A stretch of 63,266 bases of DNA from a virus (Duplodnaviria; Caudoviricetes): positions 1 through 63,266 of the IMG/VR virus record IMGVR_UViG_3300045970_000244. One strand, written 5' to 3'. The notes below the pieces were generated by a model, which saw nothing but the letters and a program-made list of their open reading frames with translations, was not told the DNA's origin and did not search any database. Each line of letters starts with the position of its first letter. The stretch's first letter is position 1. Shown here one piece after another: positions 36,805 through 45,264 of this stretch. Position numbers and translations under genes: made by a program.

Positions 36805-37421
36805 CGCGATTTGTCCTCCAGCGCCTTGAGTTTCTGATCTACGAGCGCGCCTACGCTCTGCGGCCCGACCAACTGCGGCCCTTGGCGGCTGGCGGCAAAA
36901 GAACAATCCGGCAGGAGCCGGCGGGCCTCGTCCACTCCGAGCCGACCGGATTCAACAGCCTTGCGCAAAACGCGCTCTTGCCCGGCCTTGTCGTGTCCCA
37001 AGGTCACCGTCCACTTGGTAGGCACACCGTTGCTTCGCGCGGTCACTAGGAGCTGTGAGTATTTTTCTTTGAAACTCATGCGAGCCGCAATCGGGTCGCC
37101 GTTGCAGATCAGCGGCAGGGCGGCCTCGTAAAACGCCTTTGAGACTTCCTCCGTCCAACAGGCCGACGAATCCTCCGTCATTGGACAGAGCGCCCAAGCC
37201 TGCTCGATTCCGGGCCGGCCGTCGTCCAACCGCTCGATGATCTCTGCGATGGTCGGGAACCTCTTGATCTCCAGCCGGCAGCGGCGCAAGGCTCCCAAAA
37301 CCTGTTGCGCCGGGAAGCGCATTAAGTCCTCGGCCATCATCACTGCGGCAGCCGGTGAAACCCGGGCACCGCTGATCTCCGCCATCGCCTTCAATGTTTC
37401 GATGATTTCACTTGTCGACAT
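36801..37421 (-). CDS. Replication helicase-loader-like protein (lambda P position)
   Basis: ALRRCR.E...FPTIAEII.RL.DGRPG.EQAW...ARMSFKE.Y; directly after initiator. Confidence 0.7.
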   Translation of the reverse strand: MSTSEIIETLKAMAEISGARVSPAAAVMMAEDLMRFPAQQVLGALRRCRLEIKRFPTIAEIIERLDDGRPGIEQAWALCPMTEDSSACWTEEVSKAFYEAALPLICNGDPIAARMSFKEKYSQLLVTARSNGVPTKWTVTLGHDKAGQERVLRKAVESGRLGVDEARRLLPDCSFAASRQGPQLVGPQSVGALVDQKLKALEDKSR

Positions 37422-38223
37422 TCAACCCGTTCCCTTTCGACGCCATGTGCTTTGCGGCGTAGTCCCACGAGTTCATGTTGCTTTGCGTCTGGTCAACTTG
37501 GTTTGCCTCCGAGCGCATCACGGGGCGGCCCCGAGCCCACTGTGTCCTCATCGCCTCGGCGTCGTGCAGGAGCAGCCCTATAGGGTGACACTTCTCAACG
37601 AAAAACGACTTATTGTGCTTCAGGTAAAAACTGACAACCTCGGGCGCCTCATTGCCGAGCCGCTTGCCGAGCTGTGCGATTTGCCCGTTCACCGTTGCAT
37701 TGCGCACGGGCTTGGTCTTGTACCGCTGGAAGTACGCACTCTGGTAAGAATCCCATATCGCGCGGTTCAGGGCTGTGGCAGGCGTTTGCTTGGCCTCGGG
37801 TTCTACAGGGCTTTCCCCTTCAAACATGGCTGATTGAGCCGGTCCTTCTTCATTTTGTTTGGGCAACAAGCGCCCCAGCTCATCGCGCGGGCGTTGGGCT
37901 GAAACCTTCCCACCTTTGGCTCCGGCCTTTCTGCGAATTTTGATAAGCTCCATGGCTTCGGCAAAATATTTCTCGCTGCCCTTGATGTAGATTCCTGTTT
38001 TACGCCGTTCGGCAAGTCCAACTTCAATGAGGCTGTCGCAAAGGCCAAACCGCGTCCAGTCCTCCTCTGAAATTAAGTCTCTCTCAGGAACCCAGAACCG
38101 CTTGGCGATTCGGAGGGCCTTAGCTATAACCCCGGCCGCTTTCTCCTCGTCATCACCCAAAATCCGCGTCAGTTTCTGAAACCGCCGGTCCTCCCAAAGA
38201 CCGTCGTCCAATAAGATAATCAT
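37408..38223 (-). CDS. Replication initiator (lambda O-like)
   Basis: N-terminal wHTH-like region, RRKAG.KGGK.S linker, C-terminal W..Y..AY..RY...PVRNA.VN domain. Confidence 0.75.
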   Translation of the reverse strand: MIILLDDGLWEDRRFQKLTRILGDDEEKAAGVIAKALRIAKRFWVPERDLISEEDWTRFGLCDSLIEVGLAERRKTGIYIKGSEKYFAEAMELIKIRRKAGAKGGKVSAQRPRDELGRLLPKQNEEGPAQSAMFEGESPVEPEAKQTPATALNRAIWDSYQSAYFQRYKTKPVRNATVNGQIAQLGKRLGNEAPEVVSFYLKHNKSFFVEKCHPIGLLLHDAEAMRTQWARGRPVMRSEANQVDQTQSNMNSWDYAAKHMASKGNGLNVDK

Positions 38224-38299
38224 CCCAAATCCCCCCTATGCCACTAAGCAAAGTGCCCTTCTGCTGGTGCTTCCTCGGGTTTTGCTTGGTCCCCTAAAT

Positions 38300-38645
38300 C
38301 TAAGCTGTAAAGTCGTTAAGGCTTGTTTTCCTTGGTAGTCGTTCCTCCTACCAAGGGGCCTTTTGTCTTTGCTGTTTCCCCGTTTTGGTGACACGTATCC
38401 TAACGAGGGAAAACCCCCAAGGCGACGCTCACCACGGCCGAGGACGGCCGCCGTGACACCTGTGCAAGTGACAGCCTGCACATGGTTCCGCGAGACTTGA
38501 CGGACGCTGCACGTCCGAACCCTCAGTGCTCTCGCAGAAAGGTCTTACGACCCCTCGCATCCACACTCGGCGCCGTGAGGTCCCTGTGGCGCCACTTCAA
38601 CTCTCCCCACGGTCGTTTGCATTACCCCTGAGAAAGCCTTACTGC
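38300..38645 (-). ncRNA. Candidate large structured RNA in the leader of the replication initiator
   Basis: At least 7 hairpins, an 8-bp closing helix and a pseudoknot; no convincing ORF; see findings. Confidence 0.55.
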
Positions 38646-38651
38646 CGGCGT

Positions 38652-38775
38652 AAAAAAAAATAACCCCTCTCAGACCTTTTACGGTCTGCACGGCCAAGTG
38701 CTTGCTTCGGTAGATTAATGGTTGTGGAAGCGGCCCGAGAGGGGTCGACACGCTGCCCTGTTCCCAGAGAGCGTG
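38652..38775 (-). ncRNA. Candidate four-way-junction small RNA / attenuator ending in U9
   Basis: GGAA tetraloop hairpin, 10-bp closing stem with three arms, then A(T)9. Confidence 0.5.
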
Positions 38776-38950
38776 CAAAATTGTTTTCTATCGACAAACT
38801 CATAATCTACCTTTTGCTCGCCAGTGCCTTGGCCGACCCACACAAACAAGCCGCTTTGTTTCGTTGAGGAAAGGTTTCGCTTATTTTTTACAGAAAAAAA
38901 AGGTTTTTTTTTGGCCAACGCCATTTTTTTTTCAAAGTCACAAATACAGC

Positions 38951-38980
38951 TTGCACTCCGATGGCTTACGGACGTAAGTT
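38951..38980 (+). promoter_or_regulatory. Sigma70-like promoter of parB1-radical SAM operon with palindromic operator
   Basis: TTGCAC-18-TAAGTT, ATG 7 nt later without SD (leaderless); CTTACG-GA-CGTAAG overlaps -10. Confidence 0.5.
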
Positions 38981-38987
38981 TTTTTGC

Positions 38988-39602
38988 ATGGAAGCCATAA
39001 AAGCAGAGAAAATCAAAATCGTGCCCCTGAAAGACCTCAAACCCAACCCGTTGAACCGCAACAAGCACCCGCCCGAGCAAATCGTCAGACTTATAGAGAT
39101 AATTCGCTACCAAGGGTTCCGCAACCCCATCGTCGTGAGCAACCGTTCCGGCTTGGTCGTGACTGGCCACGGTCGTCTGGAAGCCGCTAGGGCCATGGGT
39201 CTTGAGCGAGTGCCGGTGATTTTTCAGGACTACGAGGACGAGGATCAGGAGTACGCCCACGCCATCAGCGACAACGCCATCAGCATGTGGGCCGAGCTGG
39301 ACACAGCCGGAATCAACGAAGACCTCGCGCGCATGGGCCGCGAGTTCAGCCTTGAGCAGCTTGGTATGCGCAGTTTTACACAGGAGATCCCCGGGATGCC
39401 CGGCGGCGGCCACTCAGAGCTCCGCGACGACCTTCCGAATGTTGACATCCAAGGGTCCGTGAACAACCGCACTGAAATTTTGGTCATCACGTTTGCCGAC
39501 CCCGAAAAATACGCTGAGGTGCAACGCCAGTTGGGGCTCCGGCCCACACAACGCACCATCACCTATACCGAAATCGTCGACAAGTGGGAGCTGCCGACAT
39601 GA
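38988..39602 (+). CDS. ParB/Srx N-terminal domain protein (modification island)
   Basis: LKPNPLN.NKH..EQI..L...I...GF.NPIVV...VVTGHGRLEAA..MG...VPV...DN. Confidence 0.9.
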   Translation: MEAIKAEKIKIVPLKDLKPNPLNRNKHPPEQIVRLIEIIRYQGFRNPIVVSNRSGLVVTGHGRLEAARAMGLERVPVIFQDYEDEDQEYAHAISDNAISMWAELDTAGINEDLARMGREFSLEQLGMRSFTQEIPGMPGGGHSELRDDLPNVDIQGSVNNRTEILVITFADPEKYAEVQRQLGLRPTQRTITYTEIVDKWELPT

Positions 39603-40864
39603 GCGAGTACATGAGCCCGCGTTGGAGCGGTGAGGTAAGCGATTGCTCCATGCCTATGACTTTCGATACTTACGACCGCTGCACCTACGGGTGCCTGTAC
39701 TGCTTTGCGGTTTACCAGAAAATCAACAGCAAGGGCCCGAACTACTGGCTTGAGCAGCCTGACTTCGTGAACCCCGAACGCATCAAGGCGATGTTCCGGC
39801 TTGAAAAACCCACACAGTTCGAGAAGTACATCCGCGACCGGATGACCATGCAGTGGGGCGGCATGGCTGACCAGTTCGACGAGAACGAGCGCGAGCACGG
39901 CGTCACGCTGGAGCTCCTGAAGTTCTTCCGGGAGATCAAGTACCCGATCTGTTTTTCGACCAAGGCGACGTGGTTCACCAAGGACGACCGCTACATGTCG
40001 CTCATCAAGGACGCCGACCACTTCAACTTCAAGTTCAGTATTATCAACCTCGACCCGGTGCGGGCCGCCGTCATGGAGGAGCGCGTGGATTCCCCACAGG
40101 AACGCCTCGCGGCCATGAAGCGCCTGAACGACATCAACCCCAAGGGAGGCGTCACCCTCAGACTGCGGCCGTTCATCATCGGCCACACTGACCGGCGCGA
40201 CGAGTACCTTGACCTGATCCGTGCGGCGCACGCCTCTGGCGCGTCGGCCGTGACTACGGAGTTCTACTGTGTTGAGGCCCGACTGAAACCCTCTGAGCGG
40301 TGGCGCTACAACCGTGTGTCCGAGCTCTGCGGGTTCGACGTGTTCGAGTTCTACCAGAAGCACAGCACCGGCTCCGGCTACATGAGGCTCAATTATGAAG
40401 TCAAGAGGCCTTACGTCGACAAGATGAAGGCCCTCTGCGACCAACTCGGGATGCGCTTTTACGTCAGCGATGCCCACCACAAAGAGAAGTGCTCGAACGG
40501 CTCCTGCTGTGGCCTTCCTCCGTCATGGAATTACTCACGAGGCCAGTTCACCGAGGCCCTGCTGATCGCCAAAGAGAAGGGAACCGTGCGCTGGTCTGAC
40601 ATCAGCGGCAAGATGGACCACCTCAAGCAGATCAATTACGCCCGGGCCGAGGGCTTCAATACGGCGAACGTCATGAACCGAGCCACGCGCGGCCGGCAAA
40701 CCCTGTACGATTATTTGCAAGAAATCTGGAACACGCCGAACAACCTGAAGTCACCGTACAAGTACTTCGGCGGAATCATGAACCCAACGGGCACGGACGA
40801 AAATGGCGACGTGATTTACGAGTACCGGCCTAAGCCCTGTCCTTCATCAACTCAGCCAGAATAA
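39599..40864 (+). CDS. Radical SAM enzyme (thymidine-hypermodification isomerase-like)
   Basis: CTYGCLYC (CxxxCxxC); extra CSNGSCCG cluster; ATGA-coupled to ParB gene. Confidence 0.85.
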   Translation: MSEYMSPRWSGEVSDCSMPMTFDTYDRCTYGCLYCFAVYQKINSKGPNYWLEQPDFVNPERIKAMFRLEKPTQFEKYIRDRMTMQWGGMADQFDENEREHGVTLELLKFFREIKYPICFSTKATWFTKDDRYMSLIKDADHFNFKFSIINLDPVRAAVMEERVDSPQERLAAMKRLNDINPKGGVTLRLRPFIIGHTDRRDEYLDLIRAAHASGASAVTTEFYCVEARLKPSERWRYNRVSELCGFDVFEFYQKHSTGSGYMRLNYEVKRPYVDKMKALCDQLGMRFYVSDAHHKEKCSNGSCCGLPPSWNYSRGQFTEALLIAKEKGTVRWSDISGKMDHLKQINYARAEGFNTANVMNRATRGRQTLYDYLQEIWNTPNNLKSPYKYFGGIMNPTGTDENGDVIYEYRPKPCPSSTQPE

Positions 40865-41384
40865 ACCCCGCCGCGTTACTGATGTCCGCCTGACACTCGT
40901 TGGTGAGCTGGTGGACGTCTTCAGGGTTCAAGTTTTTCTTGATGTTGGAGATCTTCGTTTTGCGCCCCTTGAGAAAGGTTTCGGTCTGGGTATCGTTCCG
41001 GGCTTTGTGGCGCGCGGCTTTGGTTTCTTCCGTGCACTCCAACACGAACACCTTGATATCCAGTCTTTCGGCACACCAGCTTAGAAAGCTCAGATTGCCG
41101 AGCCGGTCTCCTTCAAAGAAGATGTTCCACTCGCGCGAATTGAATATGAGCTGGTCGATGTAGAGCTGCACCTGCGGCTGGGCCGCCATGCTGAACTTGT
41201 CCGTGCCGCAAAACGTGTCGCCGTCGTTGTAGAACCCGAGAACGATGATCTTCTCGTCCATGTGTTTCGTTCCGTGAACCAAGCCGCTCTTGAAGGGCAT
41301 CCCGGGCGATAACCGGCGCATCATCTCGCGTACGATGGTTGTTTTACCGGAGGCGGGCTCACCAATCATAGCAACAATTTTCAT
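40830..41384 (-). CDS. P-loop kinase, putative 5-hydroxymethyluracil-DNA kinase
   Basis: GEPASGKTT Walker A; LG.Y....F.GTD..SM..QP, FEGDRL, R...R.D.Q...FL.GR.TK motifs; adjacent to transferase. Confidence 0.75.
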   Translation of the reverse strand: MKIVAMIGEPASGKTTIVREMMRRLSPGMPFKSGLVHGTKHMDEKIIVLGFYNDGDTFCGTDKFSMAAQPQVQLYIDQLIFNSREWNIFFEGDRLGNLSFLSWCAERLDIKVFVLECTEETKAARHKARNDTQTETFLKGRKTKISNIKKNLNPEDVHQLTNECQADISNAAGFILAELMKDRA

Positions 41385-42520
41385 GTGTCAATCTCCTTGT
41401 TGAAGTCGTTTTCAAAACAGGGCCAGTCCCGGTGCATCATGATGACTTGCCCGGTCAGGCGATAGTGGTTCTGTTTGCGTGGGACCAAACCCGGGTCGCG
41501 CGGGTTGTCCTCAATCCGAAGGTGCGGCGGTAAGTACCAGCGGCGCGCGTCCCAGAACAGGCTGAAGTCCTCAGCGCCGGCCCAAGCCTCCTCGGCGGTC
41601 TTTATCCGGTTGTAAAACATGTCCATGTAGACGTTCGGGTACCGGCGGTTTTCGCGGTGCCAGCTCTTGTAACAGCACAGGGTTGATTCCAGCGTGAAGT
41701 ACCCGACGTCGCGCTCATCGATGTCCGGGTTGCCGGTCAGGCGCATTCGCGCGGCGTTCAGGAGCAGGTGCCCCTCGGCCTTGAGCCAGTCGATGATCTC
41801 TTTGTTGTAACCACGGAAGGCCGGATTCAGCGTGTCGTGCCAGTCGAGGTCGTCGCGGCCGTTGACCTTACACAGCCCGTTACGGTGAGACTTTGAGCCG
41901 TCGATGTCGTCCAGAAAGAGTTGGTCGCAGTCGATGTTCAGGCCCATGATGCGCAAGTACTCAAGATAGGAAAACGTCGAGAGCCGGCCGAACAACTCGA
42001 ACCCCATGACGTGCCGCCACACACGGCGGAAGTTCTCGTCCTCGTCGGCGGTGTTTGCGAGCTCGCCCTCGAATAATTCTGTTTGACTTTTGCCGCGCAA
42101 GTTCAGCTTGTAGCTCATCACACACTTCTCAAATTGGTTCTTGACATAGCGGCGGTCAGTGTCCCACCCGAGCTTTGGGTAATTCTCACGGAACCAGCGC
42201 GAGAGCTTGTCGATGTTCAGCACCTTGAAGTCAGGGAACCGCTTGAAGATCGTCCAAGTGGTGACGGCGTGCTGGCACAGCCCGTTGATGTACGCGAACC
42301 AGTACCGCTGCTCCTTGTCGAGTTTCTGCGTCTCCACGATGTACGGCATCATCTGGTACACGGCGCCCGGGTGAGATCGGTACTTCAGGTGGAACTCGTA
42401 AAAACGTAAGAACGTCTCTCTTCGGTACTCTGGGAGGCGAAAGTCCATCCCCTTCTCAAGTTCCGTGACCTCGTGCGGGGCGCCACGTCCGGCGCTGTGA
42501 GGGCTACTTTGGTTGAACAT
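41381..42520 (-). CDS. Amino acid:DNA transferase (aG/PT-pyrophosphorylase clade 2 family)
   Basis: DFRLPEYRRE.F..FY.FHLKY.SHPG.VY, WDTDRRY, FGRLSTFSYLEYL, GSKSHRNGL, FTLESTLC.YKSWHR..RRYPNVY. Confidence 0.85.
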   Translation of the reverse strand: MFNQSSPHSAGRGAPHEVTELEKGMDFRLPEYRRETFLRFYEFHLKYRSHPGAVYQMMPYIVETQKLDKEQRYWFAYINGLCQHAVTTWTIFKRFPDFKVLNIDKLSRWFRENYPKLGWDTDRRYVKNQFEKCVMSYKLNLRGKSQTELFEGELANTADEDENFRRVWRHVMGFELFGRLSTFSYLEYLRIMGLNIDCDQLFLDDIDGSKSHRNGLCKVNGRDDLDWHDTLNPAFRGYNKEIIDWLKAEGHLLLNAARMRLTGNPDIDERDVGYFTLESTLCCYKSWHRENRRYPNVYMDMFYNRIKTAEEAWAGAEDFSLFWDARRWYLPPHLRIEDNPRDPGLVPRKQNHYRLTGQVIMMHRDWPCFENDFNKEIDT

Positions 42521-43601
42521 ATTCGTTGATCCTCGTAGGGAAGGCACCAAGCCTCGGAGCAAGCAGGGCACGCATGTTCTCGGCGCGGGGTTTGGACCCG
42601 ACGATCCAGAACACGCTTTTGTGGTTGAGGAGGGCCGGAAGTTTTTCGCAGACGTAGGTCATCATTTTGCCTTCATACGTCGGGTGAAACTCGATCCCCT
42701 TGTAGGAAAACGGCACCTCGGTCTGGTAGTCGACGTACCCAGTGGTGTGCAGGTCATGGTGGATCAGCTCGTAAAGGGGCTCGTCCACGGTGGCTTCATA
42801 CTCAGATTGCACGTCAGGGTGTGAAATATAGTCGCGCTTGAACAGCCGGGTCGGGAGGCCCGCCACCCGCGAGATGATCTCAAGGCGCTCCTCGATCAAC
42901 TGGAGCTTGGGCGGCCCGATGCCGATCAGGTACACGCGTTTCAGGTTCTTCGGCCGAAAGCGCGCGAGCCCGTAAAGAATGCTCACCGTCGAATTGCATG
43001 AGCCAGACGGGATGACCAGAGTTTCCATGTCGTCAGGCAGGTTACGAACCTGTTCAGAACCAATGAAGTGAAACCGCTCGATCCGCCCGCCCGGGTGGCT
43101 ATGGTGGTCAAGTGTGATGCCGTACTCAAGGTAAAAGTATTGTGAGAGCTCGGGGTCGGTTTCCTTGAGGTCGCGCACCTTCTTTTGCAGAACGGGGTTG
43201 TAGGCGATGTTCGGGTTGATGGCAAACCGGGCTCCGAACCACGTGGCCATGGCGACGTTCTCGTGCCGGATGGCGGCGTCGGTGTTCGTGGCGCCGATGA
43301 CGTGCAAGCTCTTGAGCCCATAGTGTGCCGCGATTGCCGAGCCCATCGGGAGCTGCGGTGACTTCACGGAGGTGCCGGAGATCATTCCCACGGCGCCGGG
43401 CTCCTTCAGGTACTCGGTCACGAGCCAGATACACTGCCGTAACTTGCTGCCGTTGATGCCGCCGTAGCCCAGAGGAGCGAATTTGTCCTCCCGCTTGAAT
43501 CGGAGGTTGCCAACCCCTTCAACCGGAGTGAGGTCGAAAATACGCTCCTCCCAGCGGGATTCTGAGCGATCAAGACTGAGTGTCTGGAAGATTGTTTCCA
43601 C
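42504..43601 (-). CDS. Fold-type II PLP-dependent enzyme (putative DNA amino-acid decarboxylase)
   Basis: TPVE...FKRED.F...GGINGSKLRQ (PLP Lys), PSGSCNS, HPTYEGK, FWIVG; start re-set to GTG 43601. Confidence 0.85.
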   Translation of the reverse strand: METIFQTLSLDRSESRWEERIFDLTPVEGVGNLRFKREDKFAPLGYGGINGSKLRQCIWLVTEYLKEPGAVGMISGTSVKSPQLPMGSAIAAHYGLKSLHVIGATNTDAAIRHENVAMATWFGARFAINPNIAYNPVLQKKVRDLKETDPELSQYFYLEYGITLDHHSHPGGRIERFHFIGSEQVRNLPDDMETLVIPSGSCNSTVSILYGLARFRPKNLKRVYLIGIGPPKLQLIEERLEIISRVAGLPTRLFKRDYISHPDVQSEYEATVDEPLYELIHHDLHTTGYVDYQTEVPFSYKGIEFHPTYEGKMMTYVCEKLPALLNHKSVFWIVGSKPRAENMRALLAPRLGAFPTRINEYVQPK

Positions 43602-44475
43602 ACTTCTCCCAAAGAGGATCGCCGGTTTTGCGGCGCTTGGCTTGCTCAAGCTCCTCTTGCGCAGATTTGCAGCGAATCATGGCCTCGCGATAGTAGTAAA
43701 CGATAGTACAGCGTTGGGCGTCGGGCGTGAGCGGTACGATCTGCGTGTTGCCGTGCCACTCGTGAGGGTCGAACAACAGGAGGTCATAAGTGTCGAGCTT
43801 GACGGCAATTCGCCAGTTGGGCAGCACGAGGTCACCGCCCTTGTAAGCGCCCTGCCTGATGGCCGAGATGCAACTGAACCCTTGGGCGAGGTCACCGGCG
43901 TCTTTGTGGCAAGCCGTTCTGAAGTTCTTGTTCACCGTCATGGTGGTGAAGGCCGTGTCAGGAATCAAGAAGTCAGGGGCCGTCCGCCGTGCGTAGTCCT
44001 TCTGGTACTCGTACCGGTCGGGAACGTGCTCGGCAAAGAGGCGGTCTACCTGTTTGACCATCGGCATCAGGGCGTTGAACTTCTCCGGGTGCTGAAGGTT
44101 CCAAGCACAGGCCCGGCAGTAAGGCATCCTGACGGTGCGCTCAAAATAACCGATGATTCCAGAGTACACGCCCCAACCCTTCGGCACGCGCTGGGTCTGC
44201 GACCGGGTGCCGTCTTTGCGCATCCGGCCCTCGCTCTCAATGCCGGCGGCCGTGCCACGGTTGTCGGAGTTCTCGTAGTACCCGTGAAGCACAGACCATG
44301 CGTTCTGAACCAGCAGCGGTGAGAGGGCTTGTTTCAGGAGTACGGCCAGAGGCGAACCATCGGGGCGCTCGACGCGCGTGGTTTCAGTGAGCAGGACGTC
44401 GTAGTCCCGCTCGTCCACGAACCTCATTCCCCAATCTTCGCTATTGGGCTTTGACGGTAGCCTTATGAGCTTCAC
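43570..44475 (-). CDS. TET/JBP-family 2-oxoglutarate/Fe(II) dioxygenase
   Basis: FTT.TVNKNFRTACHKDAGD (HxD), DPHEWHGNT (distal His), R.TIV.Y.RE (2OG Arg); SGIIGYFER...PYCR. Confidence 0.9.
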   Translation of the reverse strand: MKLIRLPSKPNSEDWGMRFVDERDYDVLLTETTRVERPDGSPLAVLLKQALSPLLVQNAWSVLHGYYENSDNRGTAAGIESEGRMRKDGTRSQTQRVPKGWGVYSGIIGYFERTVRMPYCRACAWNLQHPEKFNALMPMVKQVDRLFAEHVPDRYEYQKDYARRTAPDFLIPDTAFTTMTVNKNFRTACHKDAGDLAQGFSCISAIRQGAYKGGDLVLPNWRIAVKLDTYDLLLFDPHEWHGNTQIVPLTPDAQRCTIVYYYREAMIRCKSAQEELEQAKRRKTGDPLWEKCGNNLPDTQS

Positions 44476-45190
44476 GCACTATCCCCAACAGAGTGTCCGA
44501 TATATTGTCCGTGCCGCGCACGGTTTGCAACGCTTCGACCATTGAAACGAAGTCCACGTAATCGTCCATCGTGAAAAACAACTGAAGCTGTTTAACCTGC
44601 GTGGAGCCAGAGGCCATAGTTTTTTCTGGCATCATTCCGGTGTTCGGCGAACCGATGTCAGCCGGGGCCGGGATTGATCCGTCTGTCGGCGAAACAAACG
44701 TCGCGGCCAACTGCGAGAAGTCAACCTCCGGGAAGTGAAAGTTGGAAACCATGTCCTCGTAAGGGATGTCGTTCTCGCGCATAAACTGCGCCAACGAATC
44801 CTTGGTCAGTTTGCCGTACTGAGAGGCCGCCGCAAGCACCTTGCGCTTGGCTTCGGCATAGCTTTCGGCTTCGACCACAGCGACCGGGATTTCGGGAATC
44901 GTCCAGCCCTCGATGGCCTTCATCTGGTTCAGGGTGAACACGCGCTGGTGGCCGTCGATGATGAAAAACTTTCCTTTGTCCTTCCAGACGTGGACAACGA
45001 ACGAGAAACCGAAATCGCCGAGCGTCTTACGCAGGGCCTCGTACTCGGTGCGTTCAAGGTGTTTGAGTGAGCCCTGAAACGGCTCTAATTTTTCGAGCGG
45101 GAGGGTCTGGCTGCCCTTCACGGTGATCTCAAGGGTTTTGCCCGCGATTTTACGCCGGGGCGCGCGTTCTTTGGTCGTTTCTGTTGTCAT
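44441..45190 (-). CDS. Second ParB/Srx-like protein (modification island)
   Basis: LEPFQG.LK.L...Y..L..TL...GF...V.VW....IIDGHQR...L; GAGG RBS. Confidence 0.85.
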   Translation of the reverse strand: MTTETTKERAPRRKIAGKTLEITVKGSQTLPLEKLEPFQGSLKHLERTEYEALRKTLGDFGFSFVVHVWKDKGKFFIIDGHQRVFTLNQMKAIEGWTIPEIPVAVVEAESYAEAKRKVLAAASQYGKLTKDSLAQFMRENDIPYEDMVSNFHFPEVDFSQLAATFVSPTDGSIPAPADIGSPNTGMMPEKTMASGSTQVKQLQLFFTMDDYVDFVSMVEALQTVRGTDNISDTLLGIVREAHKATVKAQ

Positions 45191-45210
45191 GTTGATTTCC
45201 TCTCATCGCG

Positions 45211-45240
45211 ATCATAATGGGTTCCGAATGGATAGAGCAA
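45211..45240 (-). promoter_or_regulatory. Sigma70-like promoter of the parB2-TET-PLP-transferase-kinase operon
   Basis: TTGCTC-18-TATGAT on minus strand. Confidence 0.55.
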
Positions 45241-45264
45241 GGGGTTTTTTAAAGGTTTTTTTCC

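Noticed and set aside
38290-38390. Group I intron-like words (CGGGGAAAC, CCUUAACGACU) in the initiator leader
   Set aside because: No downstream AGUC partner for P7 and no interrupted exon pair; kept only as an unclassified structured RNA.
38236-38778. Short ORFs 38236..38481 and 38545..38778
   Set aside because: No RBS or motifs; region better explained by RNA structure.
39563-40480. 305-aa minus-strand ORF
   Set aside because: Antisense shadow of the radical SAM gene, expected from high GC3.
38988-45190. ParB genes as a plasmid-prophage partition system
   Set aside because: No ParA or clear parS array; both are coupled to modification enzymes.
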